Assembly: GCA_002269645.1 (NCBI GenBank)
Contig: NIVC01001302.1
Span: forward strand, 112,444 to 176,443
Direction: 5' to 3'
DNA from: Macrostomum lignano
Lineage: Eukaryota
DNA: 64,000 nt
Of the stretch, positions 51,091 to 61,848 are shown piece by piece. The translations under genes were made by a program, and so were the position numbers. The number at the start of each line of letters is the position of its first letter. Within the stretch, counting starts at the first letter, position 1. Under the pieces are notes generated by a model that saw nothing but the letters and a program-made list of their open reading frames with translations, had not been told where the DNA came from and ran no database searches.

Positions 51091-54000
51091 TACGGCTACG
51101 GCAGCCATCAAGCACACAGAAATAATGGTCGCAAGATGATGTTTCATTCTGCGAGTCATGTTCGATTCTTGGTGTTAAAAATTTCATCATTAAGAGATTT
51201 TGAATTGGATGTTATTGTATATAGGCAATAGAGCACAAACTCACCAAAAATAAGCGGATTCCTCCCTGAGTACTGAGCTGTAGCAAATTTGTCAGCCCTT
51301 ACACTAAAGAGGTAGAGGATGCTTGTCTATTGTAAAACTAAAAAACGTCACTCAACGGCGGTTGCCATGGCTACGCTCGTACACGTCATTATATTTTCCC
51401 CTATTAAAATTGAAGCTGGTCCAGGGGTTTGAAATGAGCAGTCATTCAGTCTATGGAATTTAATAGCCAATGCTGAGTGCAGTGACGGGCAGCAGTTCAG
51501 TTGCGTTGGATGCGGGATGCGGGTGGAGAGAGAATGGTAGGCAGGGGGAATAAAATGTAGAAAATTTTCCCTAATATATCTCTGTAAATTTCCTTCATCA
51601 GAGAAGCGCGGTCCGGCATTTTTCACTAGTAAAGTGTAAAACTTTATCCGCCACCCTAGATCCTCACTCAGGAGTGTCTCATTGTCCAACAGAACAGCCG
51701 TTCCCATGGCAACCGCTCCGCTTTTCAATGTTTTGACAAAAAATGCTGCTTCTCTCCCAAGGGCTATTTATCTGGGATCGACTAGCTGGCTGTTTGCCCA
51801 GCTACACAGACCGCCTAAACCTCTGAGCAATGTCGTATTAGAATATGTTTGCGTTCTCTAGCTGGACTCTCCGACAACCTCCCTCTCCGTCTCTTCCTCC
51901 GACCTCTTCCTCGGCCCTCTCCGTAGCCGTACGGGGGCCGTAGCCCAGCACAGTGGTCCAGCAGTGCGGAGCTCTGATCTGGCTCGATTCCAAGTGCAGT
52001 CACATTAATTTGGGGCTAAATTGGAATCTCGGCTTTGCTCTGCTCGTGACCCTTGAGGGCCAACCCCCAAGGCACAGTGAAATGTACTTGCCATAACAAT
52101 GAATAAAGATAGGGCCGCTGTACACTCCTGTGTGAGTGTGTGCCTGTGCGTATGACTGCGTGTGTATCCGCGCGCTTGTGCGCCTGAGAATCATATATAT
52201 TTAATCCAATATTATTTAGAGGGACTATTAAGAATAGGATTTAGGTAAGGTTAGATCAGGAAATTAGGAAATTGCAATGTAATCAGAGTGTGGTGCAGTG
52301 CAGCAGTTGTGGAGGCCTGTACCCTTACTAAAAACCACAAGTGCTTGATGACGGGCATTGTAAATGGTGAGTGCAGGCCGCCCTAAAAGTCTGTTTCCAC
52401 TTTAAGGGTCTTATGTCTTATTTGGGACGGGGATTCAACTACATGTCCATCCAATACTAAGATAATTCAGAAGACGCACCAGCACGTCCAGCAGGAAGGT
52501 CCGTGAGAATCGGCCAGGATTGCGAGTCTGGGAGCGGCGCATTATTATTTGATGTGAACATTTTGAAGGGTTTGTGTGGGGGAAAACTAACGAGCTATTA
52601 TAAAGTTCCGACCAGACTTATCCTATACGCTTAATGCTTGCTTTAATATAATTGTAATTTTATGAAACCCAAATACTCGTACATATAGCTTTTCCTGCAC
52701 CAACAGTGGCGTACATATAATTAACAGAGCGCATATCAATTGACATATTGCATGCGAAAATCCCATTTAAAACTGCGCTGAAACGGTGCTACTTTCAGCC
52801 AATACCATGCAGGGATTCGCCAAAATGCTGGCACCGATATAAATGTAGTGCATATGTTGTGAGCTGCGCCTTACAATGCCCTTGCCCCGACTACTGTGCT
52901 CTCCGCCTCTCCTCTCCCTGCCGCTGGTTTACATTCTGGTCTGCCCCCCTGTCTTAAGCTGCCATTCTTCATTTTATTTTTTGTTTTCATTTTTACTGGC
53001 TGGCTGTCTCTCTCCCGTTTGGGCCAGTCCAATCATGTCTCTCGCCGCGCAGGCCCCTGATTGGCCAGCCTTCCCCCAATTCTTTCTCTCTCGCTCTTCA
53101 ACACCCCCCGTCCCCAGCCCTGCGTGGCTTAGCCCACTCAACCCCTTGCTCTCACCAAGTATTTACGTGCGCGCACGGCCCTCGCCCGGCTCTCGCCCTC
53201 CCCATGCCTCTAGCCTCTTCTGCTCCCTCTACCACTACGTACTTAGTACATAAGTCAGAGCAAAACGAATTAAAGCGACAAGGCAAAGCCAGACTGCATA
53301 AGCGCAGCAGCGAGAGTTACCCATCCCGGAAGTACAGAGTGTTGTTCTTCATTTATTTTTCGTCTTCCAAGTATTCTCTTCTCTCGTCACAGTCTTTATT
53401 CGGGTCTGCGAAATGTCCGTGTACGCCTCCAGAGACCTGGAACCTCCAGAAACCTCTGCTGCTGCTGAGTGTCTGTACGCTCTCAGCCCTCCACTTGCGC
53501 CCCTAAGTACGCCTAGGGGGTTGCCGCTCTCCCGCTTATATACCCGGCAAGCTCTGGGCAGTCCCGTACTCAAACCCCGATCACCCCGTATGCGCGGTCC
53601 GCACGGACGGATCGATCGAAGCGTAAAATAAAACACAAAATAAGAATTTATCATTTTTCATAAAGCAAAGTTTTTATTTAATTTTTTATCAAGATCTCAG
53701 CAAAAACTCCAGAAATTAATTGATTCGTTGTAACAAATTAAACAAAATGGTCGGAAAGATTTAAAAATATTTGTTAAGAGTAAAAATTGGCATTTAATGG
53801 CACTTAAAAAATGAGGAATATAAAAAATATTTGTAAAATTGTCAGAAAAGTGATACAAGCAGTTAGCTAGCTATCTATAAAATAGGACATTCGTTAAACA
53901 ATCGTTGGAACGTCATGAAAGGCTAGATTTAATTCCTGATACTCTCGCGAGATTCTGCAAAAAATGGGCGAAAAGCTGGAGAGGAAATTTCAGCTCAACG

Positions 54001-54960
54001 ATTTAAAAAAATTCTTTAAAGCAACAAAACTTCAGAACTGGTCTTGCTTTGTGATTTACATTTAAGACAGTAATGCATATTGATAGCTATTTATAGCTTA
54101 AAATCATCGGGGTCCAATCCGGTTGAGGTATCGCCCCATCCGCGTCCTTCCGGTTTGCTTCCGGTTTATTTTAAGAACGAGTTTAAGCAGGCTCAAACCC
54201 CGGGTGCAAACCGGATGCAGAATGTTAATTCACTTTAGGGCGTCAAGCGTAAAAATTCTACCTTATTAAAACAAACATTACATTACACCTGAAAAATCTG
54301 TCTACATTTTGAATTGAATTGACATTTTTACCCCATTTATAAAGCAAAACAACCGTTGGATTTTTTTCTACTTATGACGCAACGGCAAGTTGCATCAAAT
54401 TCGAATATCACAGTCAGCCTCTGTGCCGGTTTTTCCCGCTATTTCTGGGACAATTCCCTCGTACATGCATATAAATGTTACACGAAAAATTTCCTTTCAA
54501 AAGCACCACAAAATTTTCCAACTTTATTGTTTGTTTCAATCAGGCAAGTCCGGCAAACACCGAAAACTAAACTATTTGTGTCTTAAATAATATCTTAAAT
54601 ACTTTCAGTAGTAACTGTAGATAAATTCAGTACGATACATACGCAGTTTCTAATGATTAGGGTTAGAATAAGGATTAAGATTTAGGATGGGGTTATGGTT
54701 TGGTTAGGATTCAGGACACGAACTGACGAAATCGTATGTAAAAGCTGCGTAACACCTCAATTCTGATGAGGTTATAAACGCGCCTTGAATACACAAGAAT
54801 TTTTCATTTAACTTTACATTAATTCTTCAATTCAACTTTAAAGTATCAGCAAATATGCGTGTAAGCAGACACCTCACCTCAAGCCGGACAAACGTGGACA
54901 CAAAGGACAGCGATAAGAGGATGCGAACAGAAAAGGTGTGCAATACACAACAGTTAGCTT

Positions 54961-55837
54961 TTAATTTCTGTTTTGAACTCTAATTGGGGGAAAGTAGAGA
55001 TGCTTCTGCAGAGTAACTACCCATTCGACTACCTGTCGGCCCCCTGTTGCTTGATTAACTTGATTAGCAACTTGCAGCAACAGGTGGTTGTTGAAGTCTT
55101 CGAACCGCAGGTCGGCCGCCATGATGACGTCACGGAATATGTTAGTGAAAATGCCGCCAGTTGAACCACTTCGCTCCGACCCCAGACCCTCGGAAGTGCT
55201 GTAGATGTACAGGCAGTCTTCCAGACATTGCACCCGAGTTCGCGGCGCCACAGGCCCATCCACTACTCGGCAAGCTTGGACAATAAAAATCTTCGGCTTG
55301 CCACGGAGGCCGGGACACTCGCGCACCTGGCTGAACAAAGACTCCAGTTCGATTCTGTGGCCGTCTGTACTGAATATGCAGCCGTTATGGCCGTGGCTCA
55401 TGACGCACAATACAAAAACATCATGCTGCTGGTATTGTGTCACAGGCCTGTTTATAGCGGGCAGGTAGTGCGTAAAGAAGTGACTTGTCAGGTTGCAGTG
55501 AATTTCTACTTCCAGTCCCAACCTCTCGAACGCCTGTGTCAGCCCCGTCTCGTGGCTATCGTTCATTGCTCCATGCCTTCGAGGTAGACTCGCAGTGTTG
55601 AAGTTAACATTGTTTATTATAATTGCAATGCCTCTTGTGGGTCTGTCCATGGAGTATCGATTGGGAGGCAGCGGCATTGGCGGTGCTGTTGGCGGTAGCG
55701 ATGGAGGAACGACGGAAGGAGCAGCCGCCGCAGTAGCTTCGCTCCACGGAGCCCCGTTCTCATCTCCAGCCTCAGCAGTGCTTCCTCTGGCACTTGTAGC
55801 CAATGTTCTAGCGTCGCTTTGGTAACTTTTTGGCATA
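54961..55837 (-). CDS. Caspase domain exon of paralog C
   Basis: RGIAIIINN, RRHGAMND, VMSHG, KPKIFIVQACRV, YST..G..SER. Confidence 0.92.
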
Positions 55838-58800
55838 CTAAAATAAATGTTTTTTGCATTTATGCTCTAAAATTAATTAGGATTAATTTTCAAATTCGTG
55901 AGCAACTCTACTAGCTTATTGCTCTGAAATCTTTTATTACGAGCGGTCACGTAAATGGGTTCGGGGGCTTACGTTTATTGATGACAGTGGCTAGCTAAAT
56001 TGTATCACATTGTCCACTACTAGCGTAGAGACGCTACTGTTCAAATAACTGGTCTTTGCCAGGGGCTTACATGCTTACGAAGCGGGTTGTACAAAGCGTG
56101 AAGCTGAAAGAAGTTCCTAATAGTATGAGCTAGTTAGGTAATACAGACCTCATTTATGAAAATTTTCGAATGTCCTTATGACAAAAATCACTTAAGTTCG
56201 ATCTTCTTTCTGCGTAAATCGACTCGAATAATTACATGGCTCGACTTAATGGACTCTTGTAGCCTACGCTCCTAAAAAATTACAGATCTAAAATATCCGT
56301 GACGCAAGTTAAGTTTCCTGGAAGAATTGTTTCATTTACCTCTGTTGGATGAAATCACAGCAGTCCTGAAATTTATTGAACTTGGCCCATTCCAACGCTG
56401 TCATCTTGTACTCCCCTCGATGAGTCCACTCAAGCTCCGGAACTCGACTCAATTCCTTGATCACTTCCAGGTAATTTCCCCTAGCGGCCCAAATTAGAGG
56501 CGTGTTGTCGCAGAAGTCTTTGGTGTTTGCCTCGGCTCCGATATCGATCAGAATGGCCACACAGTTTTGCGACCCCCGCTTGGCGGCGTGCGCTAGGGCG
56601 GTAAGCTTGCACCGGTCCTATTAGTAATTTGAGGCGAGGACGCAATAGGCGAGATGGGCCTGGACGCAACTTAAATCATAGTTATGTAAGCATCAATAAG
56701 TTCTTACCACTTTCTTTACATCGGCTCCCATGCTATGCAGCAACTTCACCGTATCTGGATGGTTATTCGCGGCCGCGTGCATCAGAGGCGTCGAAAGAGA
56801 GTTGTCTGGCTTGTTGACTTCTTCGACCACGTTAAGATGCTTTATATGTGACTTGTTTGTAAAAATTTTAAGTAACTTATTGTTCCCTTGAGTGCTGGCC
56901 ATGCAAATCGGCGTCTGTCCAAGTGAATTTTTAGCCCGAATTGAGGCGCCAGCTTTCAATAATTTAACAGCCAGTTCGGGGTCTGCATCGCTTTTTGCCA
57001 ATAGCATGAGAGGAGTCTCGTTAGTGCCCCGGCTCCACTTCTCATTCAGAACTTTGTCCGGCTCTTCCGCATCGAACAAGCGCTCGATTTCCTCAGCGGA
57101 AATAGATTGCTGTCGTTTAGGAGTACTCGTTTCTTGTTCCGACTCTAGATCGGACTCATCAATTCTGCTTGCCCTTTTTTCTCTTTCCGAACGAATTTGT
57201 TGCAGCGTTAAAGCAAAATTGGATTCTCCTTCTACTCTTTCAGGGTGAATTGAAGATGCTGCACGGATAAGCGGAGTAGTGATAAAGCATTGCTCTTGTT
57301 TTTTCTTCGGATTAATTGACGACACTGGACGATTAGTGAGAGAGTCTTTGTCTGCTTCTTCAGTGTGAGCTGAGGTCGGTGCACCAATATCACAAAATTC
57401 TCTGTCTGATCCTTCAGTGTCAGCAGAAGTCGGCGCACCAATGTCACGAGATTCTTCATCTAATTCTTCAGTGTGAACTGCACTGTGTGAAGGAAGCAGT
57501 TGTCGTTCATTTCCTGATTCTTCTAATTGTCTTAAACCCGAAAAATCTGTGTTTTCTTCCAAAATCGCTTTCGGGCGGTGTGAAGGACCTTGAGGACGAA
57601 TGCGCTTCTTTATTTTTTCCGTCTCATATTTTAAACTAGTAGCTTCAGAGGATTCAGACTTTCGCAGAATATCTTCCTTCATGGACCCTTCAAGACGTCT
57701 TTTAGGAGGCTGCGTCTTCTGGAGTTGCACCATTGAGTACTCAAGGGCTTTGGCTGGAGCTGAGGCAGTAACGATGCTTGTTAAAGAGTGTCTTGCTTGA
57801 CTTGCTCTAAAATATTGTGTTTTAGAAGCATGTTTGTTTAATATAATAAATGCCGGAAATTTTACTTTAGTAACGGTTTGACTATATGAATAACAACGTT
57901 TGCGCTGATCGTGAATCATTGGTTCTTCCAGTTGGGTTTCTTTCTCGAATGTTGTAATTCAAAAGCAACATTCAGAGTGTGAATTATTCAGACTTTGTTA
58001 AAAAGTGGTTTCTGTACTAGTTCTCTGTAGCAATTATAGTCTATGGTACTGTTTGATATTTGTTTTTATGCAGGTGACTGCCTGTGGCAAGGATTTTGTA
58101 TGGGAATGTCTGTGACACGGATGGTCTACGGGAATGTCTGTGGCAAGGATGGTCTACGGGAATGTCTGTGGCAAGGATGGTCTACGGGAATGTCTGTGGC
58201 AAGGATGGTCTACGGGAATGTCTGTGGCAAGGATGGTCTACGGGAATGTCTGTGGCAAGGATGGTCTACGGGAATGTCTGTGGCAAGGATGGTCTATGGG
58301 ACTGTCTGTGACAACGTTTGGTGGCCGGTACAGTCACCGCGTATTTCTCAGCCTAATACCAGTAAGTTTTAAATCGGTAAATGACATTCACGGGTTTTCC
58401 GTGCCGTACGCTCGTACGATTCAAGAAAACAATAAAGTAGCTATAGAAAAAGCAAGCAACTACAGTAGCTAGCTAGTTTCGAGCCTTACCCAGCCACTTC
58501 GAAATACGATCTCCCTTCATATCTAAAATGGAGGAAAATAATGCACAAAGTTAAGAGTAAGAAGAAAGTGCATCGATTTTCGAAAACAAAACATAATACT
58601 TAATATCTTCAAAAAGTCCTAAGATTTTAATTAACAATTCAGATCATTTAAAGTGCTTTAAAGTCATAAATTGTACAGCCTAGTCCTAAGTTAACCTATT
58701 AACAAATTTTTGCTAATGGTACCCTCCAAAACGTATGTTTAGATGTTGGCCGACTTCAAATGATCTAGTTTTACTTTAGTGCCACTTTAGTGCTTACTTT

Positions 58801-61800
58801 AGTACTTGCTGTAATCAAGCAACGAAGCTTTAATGAATAATTTTTGATTCGCAAAAATAATTCTCACTGCGAAAGAAGCTTGACAAGACTGTTCTTTCCG
58901 TGCTCAACAGCGAATTTCAGGGCCGTAGAGCTGCTATTGCTCTCAATCGTCCAGTCCGCACCTGCATCCAGAAGCAGATCAGCAATTGTTACTGACTCGC
59001 TGTCCGAGAGTTCTGAGCTGGTTGCCACGCGCATTAAAGCGGTAACGCCGTCTTCAGTTCGCTCGTTCACGTTTACTCCTGCGTCAATGAGCGCTTTTAT
59101 GACTTCTTCGTTGCCTTTACGCACCGCCGCATGCAAGCAGCTGCTGCCAGCTACGTCGGCACAAGTTGGGTCAGCTTTGCTCATCAGAAGGCGCAGTAGG
59201 GATTCATTGCTCTGGTTGTCCTGGACGCACTGCCACAGAATCGTCCTCCCGTGTATATCTGGTAAGTCGCAGTTGCCAATCGTCAATTTTTGTTGCAGTG
59301 CCGATACGTTGTTGGATTGGAAAAACCGCATAAGCTGGTTTCGAACTTCTCCCTATGGTTTCATATGAGTTATGTATTGCAAACATAGCATTAATAAATG
59401 GTCCAAAATAGAGTCTTTTTAGCTAAACTATGAAAAAAACTGGGCAATGAATGCTTTTGGAAAGTGGCGTAGAAACTTTTGGTGGGTGCCAATGTCTCTT
59501 GGTGGGCACCCCTCTCTCTTTTGGTGGGTGCCACTGTCTCTTGGTGGGCACCCCTCTCTATTTTGGTGGGTGTTACTGTCTCTTGGTGGGCGCCCCTCTC
59601 TCTTTTGGTGGGTGCCACTGTCTCTTGATGGGTACCACTGTCTCTTGGTGGGTGCGACTGTCTCTTGGTGGGCGCCCCTCTCTATTTTGGTGGGTGTTAC
59701 TGTCTCTTGGTGGGCGCCCCTCTCTCTTTTGGTGGGTGCCACTGTCTCTTGGTGGGTACCACTGTCTCTTGGTGGGTGCGACTGTCTCTTGGTGGGTACC
59801 CTTCTCTCTTTTGGTGGGCGCCCACTATTCCTGTCTCTTAGGCCGGTTGCTGCAATGCTCAAAAGATGGCAAAAGTTAAGCTCCTGTCATTGGTCGAGGT
59901 CGGTTACTTTTTAAATTAGTTTTTGGAGAAGTATAACTTTTTGTAGAGTGATTGAGGAGCCACTTGGGGGAGGGGCCTCCCCACCATGGACTTCGCTCTG
60001 CGTACGCCATTGCGTAGAGTTTGAAGACTCAAACTTGAATTTTAATTTATTCTTTTTATCGATGTTATCTATTTATTTACGTAATTTTTGTCTGTTTCAG
60101 GCCAAATGCACCAACCATTGCACAATGAAAAAATCCTATATAGTTAGAGCAGAAGTTAAGAGATTCACCAATTCATTGCTTATGCAAACGGTTTTAGTAA
60201 GCGGGCAGTTCCTCGCCCAAGACACAGTTGCTTGCCATTCACTGGAACGAAATCGTATGAAGCAGTTCTAAGACTCGCTAAATCGCTTTAATATTTGCTA
60301 GACTATTGAAAAATAATTACTCGTAACTTACATTTCTATTAGATTTCCAATTTCCTCATTCCCGTTTTCCTTTGCAATATCGAACGCAGTTAAACCGTTT
60401 CGATCATTATTTGCAACAAAACCTTTCATTTTATAGTACCTTTGCTGCCGAAACAGGTGCAGCAGATGCTTCGCGCACTTCCAGTTGCCCAGCCTTGCGG
60501 CTTCCATTAGAGGCGTGCGTCCCTGGTCATTTTGCTGCCACTTCCAGTCAAATGGCACAGCGGTTACGTGAGTCAGCGCGGTGAGAAATCGAAGGTTGTC
60601 ACTTTGGGTTGCCAGATGTGCTGCTGTGTTCCCCTTTGCATCTATGGAATACGGGCAGCATCCTAGGTGTACTAGATAATGTATACACTTAGCGGTCCCT
60701 GGGCTGCTGTTTTTTGATTCGGCTGCTAGCATCAATACGTTGCGGCCTTGATCACCATGCATCATCATCAGCTCCCTGCTAGCTAGTTGGCGAACTCTTT
60801 CGAAATCGCCTTGGATTACGTGTTCAGACAATACAGTCATGACCTGCAATTGAAAGTTGTTTCGAGTATTCTAAAAGCATTTCTTGATTTTATGAGTTTT
60901 TACAATGCATGCTTATTATTGCTAAAAACTTTTTGCCATGAAACAAAACTAGACTTTGGGTGCAATCACAACTTCAATTATTTGAGCTGCTCGTCTGGGC
61001 GCCCCAGCTAAATAGCTGTAATCTTCAACCATGCATTGAATTTAGTAGTAGGATACTATATCTCAAAATATCGGGATAGATTGTTCAAATTCTAAGGCAG
61101 TCAAGTTTAATTTATTGGCATTTGAAAGCTCTAAGGGACTGCAACAATTAGGCGGGCAGTTGCCACAATGAGACCATTGCCTCACCAGCTGCAGTGTGAC
61201 GATATGCCAACGAAGGCTTTGTATCAGGGTTGTCCTCCAAGACCCTGTAATACAATGCTACTGTTGATGCTATAAGTAACAGTTGCCAAAATGAGTATGA
61301 TTTACCTTTTTTAATGGCCAAACGTAGTCGCTACAAAAGTAACTTGCCCGTTGACCATCGACCTCGCCAATCCACCAGTGACAAGAATCTGCATTGTCGG
61401 TATGCCTGTAAAGTATCCATACAATCTGTCCCACAGTAAGGGTAAGCTCGTCTTCATTTGTGGGAGAGTATGAGCCAATCACAACGGCCAAATCATCATC
61501 GCGCTCAAAGTAAAACATTTCAATTGGTTGTGTGTGTCTATTTCCATCGCAGTAGAACGAGCAACCCGGATGTTGCAAGCTCAGATCAGTAATGAGCGCT
61601 TCAGCGCCAGCTCTCAACTGTTTGAAGTTACGGAGCAAGCGAGCTCGGATGCATCGCTCGAGACAGTTGCTCGAGAACAAGCCCGCATCAAGCGTCGACT
61701 CATTGCGACCTTTGATGTATTCTGTGTCAAACTTAGGCAACTCTGTGGATACAACAAGGTCTCCTGGACGCAAACTTCGGACTTCGCCATCTTCAGAAGC

Positions 61801-61848
61801 TGGATGGCTGCGCTTTGCTACGTAAGTGTAGCACTTAGTGTTACTCAT
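54961..61848 (-). CDS. SH3-ankyrin-caspase fusion gene, paralog C (about 1282 aa, fully open)
   Basis: Exons 61848-61306, 60843-60332, 60241-60169 (least certain), 59334-58868, 57806-56708, 56617-56340, 55837-54961; total 3849 nt = 1283 codons with no internal stop; GT-AG, phases 0,2,0,2,0,2. Confidence 0.78.
58075..58315. repeat. 28-bp minisatellite in a paralog C intron
   Basis: gggaatgtctgtggcaaggatggtctac. Confidence 0.9.
59470..59830. repeat. 20/24-bp compound minisatellite in a paralog C intron
   Basis: tctcttggtgggtgccactg / tcttggtgggcgcccctctctctt alternation. Confidence 0.88.

Noticed and set aside
54650-54715. Interstitial telomere-like repeats (ttaggg variants; also taaaccct at 640-800)
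   Set aside because: Too degenerate and short; only isolated matches
58043-59914. Repetitive ORFs in paralog C introns
   Set aside because: Derived from 28-bp and 20/24-bp minisatellites
24718-61848. Operon-like cluster of five separate genes per unit, or a bacterial caspase-like defence system
   Set aside because: ORF ends coincide with conserved GT donors and phase-matched acceptors in all three copies; QACR-type C14A caspases and spliceosomal introns are metazoan. A short caspase-only isoform from ATG 55836 cannot be excluded
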